Assembly (NCBI GenBank): GCA_048882325.1
Contig: JBHLRS010000007.1
Coordinates: forward strand, 49,795 to 113,794
Length of the DNA: 64,000 nucleotides
DNA from: Candidatus Thorarchaeota archaeon
GTDB taxonomy: Archaea; Asgardarchaeota; Thorarchaeia; Thorarchaeales; Thorarchaeaceae
Direction of reading: 5' to 3'
In this document: positions 26,355 through 35,910 of the stretch, in pieces
How positions within the stretch are numbered: position 1 is the first letter of the stretch
Layout: every line of letters begins with the position of its first letter
Made by a program: the position numbers and the translations under genes
Notes under the pieces: model-generated
Told to the model about the DNA's origin: nothing
The model's database searches: none
What the model saw: the letters and a program-made list of their open reading frames with translations, nothing else

Positions 26355-27856
26355 GCAAGAAGAAGTCCTCCTTTGACCTGAGTGCAAAAGAAAGAAGAGC
26401 TTTGACCGAACTCAAAAAGATTGCAAATGACATTGACTCACCAGATTTTAGTACAATGTATGATGCAGTAGGACGACTTGCCTCTCACGAAAATAGTAGG
26501 TCTTTGCTTCCAAAAACCATCGAGTTACTAGAGAGCTCTGATCAGAACATCAAACAGGCTGCGTTCACTGTTGCAGGTAAATTTGCTTTTGGAGAATACA
26601 CTCAAGAGATATTTCAGCTACTAAAATCTCTGAACCCTGTCGAGAGGGAACAGGTACTTCAAGGGATACAAGAGAAGTTCAATCAGACAGGTGGACCTGA
26701 ATCCAATGGAGAACTAAAACGCTGGATTAAAGCTCTAGAGGGACTAGGAAAGGAGCATCAACCTGCAGTATTCAGTTTAATGAGGTCTCTTGGTGAACCA
26801 GGAAGGAGATGGGTGACAAAGCAGATCAAAGTGAACTTCGATGACATCTCTCTTGGAGCAGTCCCAGCACTCAGCGTATTTCCTGAGAAAATAAAGAAGA
26901 ATCTCGTCAAGCTCTTGACTACAAAAGCGGCGAAGAAGCGAAGAGATATGTTACCATATATTTGTGGTATTGTCGACCAGTCAACTCTGTCTTATCTCTC
27001 TGTGTTTCTCAAGGGTAGCAAGTGGCAGGAACGAGTCGACATTGCTGCGGCAGTTGCAGCTGCAGGCATCAAATCCACGTCAGGTTTTGTAATGGACCTA
27101 GTAGGGGACAAAGATTGGCAGGTAAAGCAAGCACTTCTCGACAACATTAACGTTAGAAAATCTAAATTCACTACTCTATCAAAGATACTCAGTTTCTTTG
27201 TGAAAGAGTCACATGATGTAGTCAGATCAAAGGCTGAAAGAGTGTTACTCCGTCTGGGTTCAGAGAAGTGCTACGATGCTACCTTGACCGAACAGAGAGA
27301 AAAGTTAGAGAAACATTATCGCACACAGTTACTTAGAGCCGCTGAAGCAAACAAGAATCTGGATGCTGAGTGGCTTGGTATAGACATGACAAAAGTAGAC
27401 CCTATGCATGAAATCATGACCAAAGTTTCCGAGGACGATACATCAGGAGTAGCTGATGATGAACCTGAAGGTATCTCACTTGCTGATATTTCGAAACCCA
27501 AATCTGATGATGAAGATTCATCCAAACTTGATGAAAAAGACACCTCAGTACTTCTTGGAGCGCTTCTTGGTGCGCAGAAGAAGTCTGTGGATGCTCCAGA
27601 GATTAATGAAGAGATTTCTTCAGATGACCTTCCACTAGACCCGACAATCCCGGCATCCAGTAAGTTTCTGTTACTACTTCAAAGAATGTCAGAACGCGTA
27701 GGTAAAGACGTTTCAATCAATGACTTGCTCACAAAAGCAGAGGAATCTGGGATGAGCGAAGATGATTTCAAAAACGCAATGGCAGAATTGGAAAAACAGG
27801 GAATCATCTATAGGTCAAGTAAAGGTACTGTAAGCTATGTGGACATTGAGCTCTAG
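26351..27856 (+). CDS. HEAT-repeat protein with C-terminal winged helix
   Basis: LLESSDQNIKQAA, KWQERVDIA, DKDWQVKQALL, ESHDVVRSKAE; acidic linker; MSEDDFKNAMAELEKQGIIYRSSKGTV. Confidence 0.75.
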   Translation: MSKKKSSFDLSAKERRALTELKKIANDIDSPDFSTMYDAVGRLASHENSRSLLPKTIELLESSDQNIKQAAFTVAGKFAFGEYTQEIFQLLKSLNPVEREQVLQGIQEKFNQTGGPESNGELKRWIKALEGLGKEHQPAVFSLMRSLGEPGRRWVTKQIKVNFDDISLGAVPALSVFPEKIKKNLVKLLTTKAAKKRRDMLPYICGIVDQSTLSYLSVFLKGSKWQERVDIAAAVAAAGIKSTSGFVMDLVGDKDWQVKQALLDNINVRKSKFTTLSKILSFFVKESHDVVRSKAERVLLRLGSEKCYDATLTEQREKLEKHYRTQLLRAAEANKNLDAEWLGIDMTKVDPMHEIMTKVSEDDTSGVADDEPEGISLADISKPKSDDEDSSKLDEKDTSVLLGALLGAQKKSVDAPEINEEISSDDLPLDPTIPASSKFLLLLQRMSERVGKDVSINDLLTKAEESGMSEDDFKNAMAELEKQGIIYRSSKGTVSYVDIEL

Positions 27857-27917
27857 GTGTCAACACAAAGACTAATTTTATCGCCTGTAGATACGTCATT
27901 CTTGGCTGAGTATAGCG

Positions 27918-29243
27918 ATGAGCGAAGAACTTCTCATTAAGAATGGAATGATTGTAACTGGGGACAAAAAAGGAACTGTTATTCCAAAGGGGTACATCAA
28001 GGTTAATGGATCCAGAATTGCAGAGATCAGCGAGGGTGAACCAAAGTTTGGTGCAGACACGGTGGTTGACGCTACTGGTTGTGTAGTCATTCCAGGACTC
28101 ATTACAGCGCACACTCACCTCTATGGTATTCTGTTGAGAGGTGCGAGTCTGAATATCAAGCCACCCACTGACTTCGCACAGGTGTTGCAACGTGTCTGGT
28201 GGCCTGTGGACGAAGCACTTACAATAGAGGATGCTTATGCTAGTGCTTTATCTGCTAGTGCGGACATGTTGAGAAATGGTTCAACATTTTATGCTGACAC
28301 GTACTCAGGTCCAAATTCGATTGAGGGAAGTCTTCAGGAAATAGCAAGGGGTACCAAAGAAGTAGGAATGCGTGGAATTATTGCCTTCGAGATGACGGAG
28401 AGAAACAATCCTAAAGAAGCCACACGAGGGTTTCAGGAAGGTGTCAAGTTCATCAAGTCTTGTGGAAAAGAAGACCTCGTTTCAGGAATGATAAGTCTTC
28501 ATGCATCATTTACAGTTGGAGATGAGATTGTCACAAAGGCAGTAGCTCAGGCAAAAGAGCTGAATGTACCTATGACCGTCCATACATCTGAAGGTCTTGT
28601 GGATCTCTATCATAATCTTGAAGCTACTGGAGAGAGAACAGTTGAGAGACTTGATAGACTTGGAGCTCTTGGACCAAAAACAGTCCTAGCACACTGTGTT
28701 CATGTGGACAGGAATGAGATTGATCTGATAGCAAAGAGAAGAGCTTCAGTAGCTCACAATCCAATGAGTAACATGCTCAACGCAGTAGGTGTTTCTCCAG
28801 TTCCTGCAATGCTTGAGAAGGGCATTACGGTGGGACTTGGAAATGATGGCTGGATTTACGACCCTTTTGAAAACATGCGTTGTGCCTTGACCGTACATAG
28901 ACTATCTAGCGGAAATCCAAGTGCTATTGGACCTGAAAAGATTTTCAGGATGGCTACAATTGAAGGTGCGTACTGTTATGGTTTGGAGAATGAAGTTGGA
29001 AGCCTCGAGAAGAGAAAACTAGCAGACATCGTAATATTAGATACATCAAGAGTTCCAACACCTCTGACACCAACCTCAGTGGTGGGACATCTGATCAACA
29101 CTTTCGGAGGACGTGATGTGAGAGATGTTATCGTAAATGGGGAACCTGTTGTAAAAAACAAATTACTTACGAAAACAGATGACGCTCATGTTTCAGATGT
29201 ATCGAAGAAGTCAGCGGAAGGACTCTGGTCCAAATTAAATTAA
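27918..29243 (+). CDS. amidohydrolase, MTA/SAH deaminase / SsnA-like
   Basis: PGLITAHTH, HTSE, AHCVH, HNPMSN, GNDG. Confidence 0.88.
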   Translation: MSEELLIKNGMIVTGDKKGTVIPKGYIKVNGSRIAEISEGEPKFGADTVVDATGCVVIPGLITAHTHLYGILLRGASLNIKPPTDFAQVLQRVWWPVDEALTIEDAYASALSASADMLRNGSTFYADTYSGPNSIEGSLQEIARGTKEVGMRGIIAFEMTERNNPKEATRGFQEGVKFIKSCGKEDLVSGMISLHASFTVGDEIVTKAVAQAKELNVPMTVHTSEGLVDLYHNLEATGERTVERLDRLGALGPKTVLAHCVHVDRNEIDLIAKRRASVAHNPMSNMLNAVGVSPVPAMLEKGITVGLGNDGWIYDPFENMRCALTVHRLSSGNPSAIGPEKIFRMATIEGAYCYGLENEVGSLEKRKLADIVILDTSRVPTPLTPTSVVGHLINTFGGRDVRDVIVNGEPVVKNKLLTKTDDAHVSDVSKKSAEGLWSKLN

Positions 29244-29254
29244 AAAAGAAGTTT

Positions 29255-29271
29255 GTGGGGCAGTGCCCCAC
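29255..29271. terminator. GC hairpin between convergent genes
   Basis: GTGGGGC-AGT-GCCCCAC flanked by A/T tracts. Confidence 0.65.
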
Positions 29272-29276
29272 TTTGT

Positions 29277-29966
29277 TTACCTTCTACGTACGCAGACAAC
29301 TGCGCCTAGAATTACTATGACGCCTACTCCAATACCAACATAGAGTATGTTGTCCTGAAGTAGTCCAATGATGTCAAGGCCACCACCAGTACGAGTGAGT
29401 GATACGGTTGAGGATACTCCCGATGTAACATTAGTAGCTTCGAGAGAGTATCTATTAATCATACCATCTGATTTCTTGTACCGAGTAGATACTGACATGC
29501 GTGTTTCAGCGTCGGTGCTAGAAAATTGCGCACCCCAATTGGTTCCATCATTGATCAGTGTGTGGTTCTCTGTCCAGAAGATTGAGCCCTCTATTAAGTC
29601 AGATAGAAGACTGAAGTTGCCTATTGGAACAGCTAAGCCACTTCCTGTTAAAGCAATACCCAATAGATAGAGTGCTTCGAATCCCATAGCAGTACCATTG
29701 GCATAGACCAAGTTCACATCTACTATAGGTATACCAGAATAGTCTGTCAACGGATCAGGAATTGTTCCCGGAGCTGATTCTATACTAATGTTTACGAGGT
29801 CATCAATGATAGTATCACCTTCATCCACAACTTTGAAGTCGTAGGTGAATACGTCTCCTTGAGCTACACCCCATTCTAGACCCTGAGATGTTGCAGCTGC
29901 AACAGGTGAGATGAGGAATATAGCTACAAACGACATAACAAGCACAACTTGAAGCGTGCGTCTCAT
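29277..29966 (-). CDS. secreted surface protein with C-terminal TM anchor
   Basis: Signal peptide MRRTLQVVLV..., LEWGVAQGD, TM helix followed by RRR. Confidence 0.78.
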   Translation of the reverse strand: MRRTLQVVLVMSFVAIFLISPVAAATSQGLEWGVAQGDVFTYDFKVVDEGDTIIDDLVNISIESAPGTIPDPLTDYSGIPIVDVNLVYANGTAMGFEALYLLGIALTGSGLAVPIGNFSLLSDLIEGSIFWTENHTLINDGTNWGAQFSSTDAETRMSVSTRYKKSDGMINRYSLEATNVTSGVSSTVSLTRTGGGLDIIGLLQDNILYVGIGVGVIVILGAVVCVRRR

Positions 29967-30098
29967 TTTTATTATATCTCTCCAAAAACCCGCGAATGCG
30001 GTTTGACTCAACGGCAAATTAAACATAAAAAAGTCCTTCGTGGATGGATGGTACCAGATGGGCAGAGTTTTCAATGAGAATCACGTGACTCGATTCAG

Positions 30099-31049
30099 GT
30101 GGAAAGACTGTATCCAGACTTGACCTTTGATGAACCCGTTTTCGATGCACACATGCATGTAGTAGACACAGATTCACTCCACATGCTGGTAGAGATTGGT
30201 GAGAGCTTTGGAGTTAAAAAGTCGCTTCTTATTTGTCACAGTCTTGGGGCTAAGAAATATGCCGAAGAGAGTTTTCCAGGTCGGTTCGTCTTCGCTAAGT
30301 ACTTCTCAGGAGCAATGCGCTTTGGTGGTGGGTTAGAAACAATTCTGAAGGAGATCTCCACTCTTCGAGAAGAGGGATATCATCTTGCAAAGATGCAGTC
30401 TGCGCCAGTGATGAGAGGACGAGCATCAGCAAACCCAGATGATCTAAGGATGGATGATGATGATATGGCGAGAATGTTTGATGCCATGAGAGATGAGGGA
30501 ATCCCCTTCCTTCTTCATCTATCAGATCCAGACACATACTATGCCACAAGGTATACAGATAGGACAATCTATGCATCTAAGGAAAGAGACCTTGATGAAC
30601 TTGAAGGTGTCCTACGAAGGCATAGTGATATGAAGCTCCAGTTGGCACATTTTGCCGCTCAATCTGAGATTCATAGGTTGGGAAACTTGGCGAGATGGTT
30701 TGACACCTATCCCAACTTCATTATTGATACTAGCTCAGCAAGATGGGTCTCTAGAGAACTGAGTAAGAATCCGAAAAAGGCCAGGGAATTCATGATTAAA
30801 TACCAAGACAGAATAGTCTTTGGAACAGACTGTGTCACATGGGGACCTGATCGAGAGTACTATGTGGGTAGATATCTCGCGCTTCGACTCTTACTAGAAA
30901 CAGATATTGAGCATAGACAACTTCCCTTCACAGACTCGGACACTGTAAATTCAGGAGGCACCTTCATCAACGGCCTAAACCTTCCGAAAGATGTACTCCA
31001 GAAAATATACTGGCAGAACGCACAGGACTTCTACTCTGAGTTTATATGA
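30099..31049 (+). CDS. amidohydrolase_2 family metal-dependent hydrolase
   Basis: DAHMH, LHLSD, LAHF, IVFGTD. Confidence 0.85.
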   Translation: MERLYPDLTFDEPVFDAHMHVVDTDSLHMLVEIGESFGVKKSLLICHSLGAKKYAEESFPGRFVFAKYFSGAMRFGGGLETILKEISTLREEGYHLAKMQSAPVMRGRASANPDDLRMDDDDMARMFDAMRDEGIPFLLHLSDPDTYYATRYTDRTIYASKERDLDELEGVLRRHSDMKLQLAHFAAQSEIHRLGNLARWFDTYPNFIIDTSSARWVSRELSKNPKKAREFMIKYQDRIVFGTDCVTWGPDREYYVGRYLALRLLLETDIEHRQLPFTDSDTVNSGGTFINGLNLPKDVLQKIYWQNAQDFYSEFI

Positions 31050-31052
31050 CCA

Positions 31053-31802
31053 TCAAAAAATGACAGAAAGACACGTAATTGCACCATCACACTTTTCAAA
31101 CTCACTCATATCCAGATGAATCACATCGAATCCAGCATCCTTCACGAGGAGTGATGTCTTAATGTGTCGCGAGGACATTATGACTGTATCACCCAGAGTC
31201 AGAGTGTTTGCTGAATGCGACTCATCTTTTGGAAGAACGATTTTGTGAAATGAATCCAGAGTTGGGTCATCAACATATCGTGGATTTACGATGATGGTGT
31301 TTCTGTCTAGATATGTGACATGACTCTTGATGTGCATAATGTCTAAGTCTTCAATGCAGTGAACAGAGGTCTCAAGCCACTTTTCCATTTGCAAGGCACC
31401 TTCACGGTTAGTCCTCTTGGTTATACCACAAATCAAGCCATCAGGAAGATGAACAACATCACCACCTTCTAAGGTGCCAGGAGCTTCTACTGTTCTAATC
31501 TCTTTGAATCCAGAAAGAACTTCTTCAACCCTGGGACTTTCTCCCCTACGACTCTCTTTCGCCATTCGAGTGATCATTGCTTTGGAACCATGCACTACCA
31601 CTGTGTCCTCAACAAAACAGGAGTCGGGGTGTTTGTCATCAGGATCTAGTTTTATCAAATCCAATCCCAAATCCTCAAGTGTTTCACAATATCTCATGTG
31701 CTGTTCGAGTGCCAAATTATGATCAAGTGTCCGATGAAGAGGATGCTCTGATAGACATCTTTTGAAACTCCGACCCGGACGTCTCACAATTGCTCGTTTC
31801 AT
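31053..31802 (-). CDS. dimethylargininase (amidinotransferase superfamily)
   Basis: DSCFVEDT, LEGGDV, MHIKS, GAITCLS. Confidence 0.88.
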   Translation of the reverse strand: MKRAIVRRPGRSFKRCLSEHPLHRTLDHNLALEQHMRYCETLEDLGLDLIKLDPDDKHPDSCFVEDTVVVHGSKAMITRMAKESRRGESPRVEEVLSGFKEIRTVEAPGTLEGGDVVHLPDGLICGITKRTNREGALQMEKWLETSVHCIEDLDIMHIKSHVTYLDRNTIIVNPRYVDDPTLDSFHKIVLPKDESHSANTLTLGDTVIMSSRHIKTSLLVKDAGFDVIHLDMSEFEKCDGAITCLSVIF

Positions 31803-31810
31803 CTATTCGT

Positions 31811-32113
31811 TCACGTTCCTTTCCTATGGCGCTTCTTTGGAAAAAACTCTTCCAGTTCGCTTTGCTGAAACGGACCAAATCTCCATCCTTTTCCTTCTGG
31901 ATCTCTTTCTACCACATCCTCTCGTTCAAGGTTTCGTAGGTGATAGAGTACAGTCTGTTGCGTGACACTTACCTGCTCAGCAATTTTCGTTGTAGTTATC
32001 CAAGTTTCCGAATCAAGATGCATGAGTATATCTGTTCTAGATATGAGACCTCTCCTTATGTTGCGTATCATGCTCAGATATGCAAGCCGATTGATACTCA
32101 GAGACCTCACCAC
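31811..32113 (-). CDS. small winged helix-turn-helix protein
   Basis: TTTKIAEQVSVTQQTVLYHLRNLEREDVVER. Confidence 0.82.
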   Translation of the reverse strand: MVRSLSINRLAYLSMIRNIRRGLISRTDILMHLDSETWITTTKIAEQVSVTQQTVLYHLRNLEREDVVERDPEGKGWRFGPFQQSELEEFFPKKRHRKGT

Positions 32114-32159
32114 GAACTAGCAAACACTTTTCCACTAAGTGTTTTCTGGTGCTTGTGTA

Positions 32160-32447
32160 TCAATCAAGTTTTGAACCAATTAAATGCTTGAAGGCAGATG
32201 GTTCACTTCCTTCTGAGATGGGTCGGATTCTGTATTCTGGATAACTATGACTCAGTTTTGCAGCTACGCGGGTTCCCATGAGCTTTTTGAATATGTCAGC
32301 GTTCTTCCCTCTCCAGAGGTAAACAGTTTTGGCTTCATGGACAACAAATACAAGCACCTTGTTAGTATCGACCTCGACCACTTTGCTTTTGGACTCGATC
32401 ATTTTTGCCTGTGAATCGATTTCGAATGCTTCAACCATATATCTCAA
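32160..32447 (-). CDS. single-domain gelsolin-like protein
   Basis: VLVFVVHEAKTVYLWRGKNADIFKK...AAKL...ISEGSEPSAF matches the gelsolin repeat pattern (W-x-G, EG-x-E). Confidence 0.8.
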   Translation of the reverse strand: MRYMVEAFEIDSQAKMIESKSKVVEVDTNKVLVFVVHEAKTVYLWRGKNADIFKKLMGTRVAAKLSHSYPEYRIRPISEGSEPSAFKHLIGSKLD

Positions 32448-32570
32448 GCCTCAAGCACGAGAAACTGTGAAATCAGTTCGTGCAGACCCGCTTATGAGGC
32501 TTTTTCAGCGGATATCAATGGTCCGACATTTGCTTAAATACGCCCTCTGAGAAGTGAACTTGGTCGGAAG

Positions 32571-33356
32571 GTGGCCTTGTACTGTGTGAAAGCCACCCGA
32601 AGAATTGATGACGGTGTGAGTGCGTTGCCTGACGAAAGTCCCTCAACAATCAAGTTCATTGACCGAGAGATGAGGAAGATAGACATCAATCTCAGTGGAC
32701 TTGATGTCTCATTCCCCTTGAATGCTATCCCCGACAAAATCTATGAAACTATTGTCAACACTCTTGAGGGAGCCCGAGATACAGAGGAGAAGATACGCAA
32801 GCTCTATGATGACACTCTGATGAAACCAACTGTATCGACTCAAAACGCGACTGGAATCTTCCCGATCAACTCAGCAAAGAAGATTGTCAGATTAACACTC
32901 ACAGATGAAGCCCTAGAAGACCGGATTCTCGAGCTAGAGGGTGTAGAACTGTCCTTTCAAGGTCATCCTTTTGATGAGACAATAGAGGAACGTATTGAGC
33001 TCTATCAGAAGGTAATGCTCGATGACCATAAGATTGACCGGTTCCGTTTAGGTGCTGTAGAGATGTATGGAGACGTAACCTACCACAATATCAGACGAGA
33101 TCCAAGGGTCAGTCTGAATTTCTTTTGGTCACAAGAGGCGGAACCTGAGAGTCAGAGCTATCAAATCAATTGCATTGCTGAAATTGTCCCACCCGGAGAC
33201 CCATTTTTCAGATACATGAGGATTATGAGGCGGCTCTTCAGCTCACGACTTCTAGACCTTCGCGGGACAGAGGACTACATCTGTGCATACAAGTTTTGGG
33301 TCTGCGAGACCAAGGAGAAGTCACTGACTGAAAAGGCTGGATATTCCAAGTTCTAA
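32571..33356 (+). CDS. pyridoxamine 5'-phosphate oxidase-like (FMN split-barrel) protein
   Basis: TYHNIRRDPRVSLNF, SYQINCIAEI. Confidence 0.6.
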   Translation: MALYCVKATRRIDDGVSALPDESPSTIKFIDREMRKIDINLSGLDVSFPLNAIPDKIYETIVNTLEGARDTEEKIRKLYDDTLMKPTVSTQNATGIFPINSAKKIVRLTLTDEALEDRILELEGVELSFQGHPFDETIEERIELYQKVMLDDHKIDRFRLGAVEMYGDVTYHNIRRDPRVSLNFFWSQEAEPESQSYQINCIAEIVPPGDPFFRYMRIMRRLFSSRLLDLRGTEDYICAYKFWVCETKEKSLTEKAGYSKF

Positions 33357-35909
33357 TCAATAGTTTGTGACTCTCAGAAGTTTCTCTGGTAGTTCCTCAA
33401 TGGATGCAATATCCAAGACAACGCCATGAGCTTTCTTTGCCAGATTGTCTGCAGCAACAGGGTTGTATGATGATTTTGGAACTATAATTATCATCTTGAT
33501 TCCAAGAGGTTTCATACGTTCTGCAAGCTGTTCACATATTGCTTGGTCACTGAGATACATGTCTGTTGAGAAGATGAAGATTTTCTCCTTTGCACGTGTG
33601 TCCTCGAAGTTTTCTAGGGCCAGCTTGATTGACTCAGCTCCTCCAGTGCCGCCACCAGCTCTTGCTTCTAGAAGATCTGCGGCGACCTTGTCTACTGACA
33701 CATTCCTCTCAGACATAGGCTTAACAACGTGGGTCACACTATCAAAGAGTACGACACCAAAATCATCCTTTTTAATCCCATAAAGACCAGCCATTACAGA
33801 GATCGCTAACATCCCGAGCTTCTCTGCAGAATTCATCGACCCACTCTTGTCGAGAGCCCAATAGAATGCACGATGACCTTGATAGGTTTCAGTTACGAGG
33901 AAATCTGAAGTCTCAAGAATCTTGAAGTTCGTTCGACCCTGAGAGAGAAGTGACTCTATTGTTTCTTCGAGATTGATAAGATCCATGTCGTCACCAATTT
34001 TGAAAGGTCTCACTGTGGTGGACTCCTGGATTCCTCCAAGCATACTACTGCCCATTGTCTGTCTGGCATACCTCATCCCTAAATCTATCAGAAGCCTTCT
34101 TGCAATCTCTCTAAGGCGTCTCTTTAGCTCGTCTGGTAGCTGGTCTCTGTAAGTGTACCAGATACGGATGATATTAGTCGCAGGACCTCCTAAGAGACCG
34201 CCAAAGGCCATATCAGCTCGTTTCTTGTCATACGGTTGAGTTCCTGCACCACCACCAGCCTGCATTCCAGATCCATATCGACGTTGTCCATACCCAGGAC
34301 TTCCAGTGCCTAGAGCGGCATGTAGGTCCTCATGAGCTATTGCACCAAGAGCACTCTGGTTTCCTTTCTCAACGGCCATGTCTGCAAGCTGTCTCAGTTG
34401 CTGGCTGGTCAACCCTGCTGCAGATATGAGATTGTGGAGTCTGTCGAAATCTGAAACATCAGCCTGAATCAATTTCTTGATGACTTCATATGAGGGATTC
34501 AAAAGCTCTAGAATCTCGGCCTCTGTCATCCCAAGACGCTCTCCAGCATTTTGGATTGTTTCTTTCGAGGGAACCTGACCCATCCGTGAAAGTTGCTTCA
34601 CTGTGTTACGAAGGTGCGTCTTTGTTGGAGATGTTTCGCATGCGGCATTTGCGAGCTTTTGCATTGACTTATTCCACTCTTTTCTGGTCTGGTCATTAGG
34701 AAGCTCGGAACCCATCCCCATTCCTTGTGCAACTGCAGATCTCAGAAAATCTGAGGGAGAAGACCGTGCATGTGCATCTTGAATTGTTGATTCAGTCTCC
34801 TTCTCGAGTAGATTTTCCCAACTCTCATTTTTTCGTGCAGTCTCCGATAGCTGACGCATGTCTACGTTATTATGTCCCCCATTATCATACTGGTCATCAT
34901 AAGCTTTCAGAAGGTCATCCATTATGTCCTTTCCAGTGTGTTTCTGTATTTTATCAGCAAACGCAGCAGCATCGCTGAGAGAATACTGATGAGGTGCACT
35001 TTGGATATGTTTGTCCAGGTTGCTTGGTACACGCTTAAGTTCAGTAGCATAATCTGTAACTTCACTGAGGTCAGAGAGATTATCCTGAAGAGTTTGGTCT
35101 AGAGATTCTCTTGTTTTCTCGTCAAGTGTCTTCATTTCCTCGATGTGTCTAAGTGCACGTGCTGCAGTTGATGTATCGCGTTTTGCGAGATCAGAGAATT
35201 CCTTCTCAACATCGTTGTCTCCTCGAAGTGATTTTCCTGCAACATGCTCAGCAGCATTGGAAAGATTGCAGACGTCATCTAGTACCTGCAGTGTCTGTGA
35301 ATTCAATATGTCTTTAGAAGAAAGCACCCCTGCTTTGTCTAGAAGCTGAGATCCTGCAATCTCAGTAAGTTCTTGGTCACTGGTGATCCCTCGGAGGACT
35401 ATGTCACCATCAGTCAGATAGTCTGTTGCAGCCTCATAGAGCTGCTGGTCACCATTTTTGTGTAGTTCTTGCAAGTACTCATAACCTGCTTTCACCTTGT
35501 CTTCCTGAATGACATTTCGCAGCTCCTGCTCCCAGCGAATCTGATCCATGACCTTTTTCAATGCAGCATTCTGCTCCTCTGTAGCCTTTTCCGCTGCTTC
35601 TGCCTGATCTTTGTCACTCAACTTGGGTCGTTCGACCTTCTCACGACCTAGAAGAATGTCTTCGGCCACTTCCCGAGCAATGTCTTGATCAGGAGGATAC
35701 GTGGTGAAGACAGCCGCCTCAAGAAAATCTTCAAGTGTCAGCTTCCCATTTCTGAAATATCTTGCAGACAAGAGTTGTGGGATTGATTGTGTCTGCCTTA
35801 TACTAGGTTTCTTTGCGACATCCTTTCTTCCACGCATCCGTCTTGTAAATTCGTGTGCAAATGGGGGTGCATTACTTGGCACTGGAGTGATCTTGGGCTG
35901 AGCAGCCAT
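33357..35909 (-). CDS. large helical protein with C-terminal vWA domain (MoxR partner)
   Basis: MIDAS DKSGSM, GGGTG, FSTD; INLEETIE motif. Start MAAQPK follows the MoxR stop after 1 nt. Confidence 0.88.
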   Translation of the reverse strand: MAAQPKITPVPSNAPPFAHEFTRRMRGRKDVAKKPSIRQTQSIPQLLSARYFRNGKLTLEDFLEAAVFTTYPPDQDIAREVAEDILLGREKVERPKLSDKDQAEAAEKATEEQNAALKKVMDQIRWEQELRNVIQEDKVKAGYEYLQELHKNGDQQLYEAATDYLTDGDIVLRGITSDQELTEIAGSQLLDKAGVLSSKDILNSQTLQVLDDVCNLSNAAEHVAGKSLRGDNDVEKEFSDLAKRDTSTAARALRHIEEMKTLDEKTRESLDQTLQDNLSDLSEVTDYATELKRVPSNLDKHIQSAPHQYSLSDAAAFADKIQKHTGKDIMDDLLKAYDDQYDNGGHNNVDMRQLSETARKNESWENLLEKETESTIQDAHARSSPSDFLRSAVAQGMGMGSELPNDQTRKEWNKSMQKLANAACETSPTKTHLRNTVKQLSRMGQVPSKETIQNAGERLGMTEAEILELLNPSYEVIKKLIQADVSDFDRLHNLISAAGLTSQQLRQLADMAVEKGNQSALGAIAHEDLHAALGTGSPGYGQRRYGSGMQAGGGAGTQPYDKKRADMAFGGLLGGPATNIIRIWYTYRDQLPDELKRRLREIARRLLIDLGMRYARQTMGSSMLGGIQESTTVRPFKIGDDMDLINLEETIESLLSQGRTNFKILETSDFLVTETYQGHRAFYWALDKSGSMNSAEKLGMLAISVMAGLYGIKKDDFGVVLFDSVTHVVKPMSERNVSVDKVAADLLEARAGGGTGGAESIKLALENFEDTRAKEKIFIFSTDMYLSDQAICEQLAERMKPLGIKMIIIVPKSSYNPVAADNLAKKAHGVVLDIASIEELPEKLLRVTNY

Positions 35910-35910
35910 A

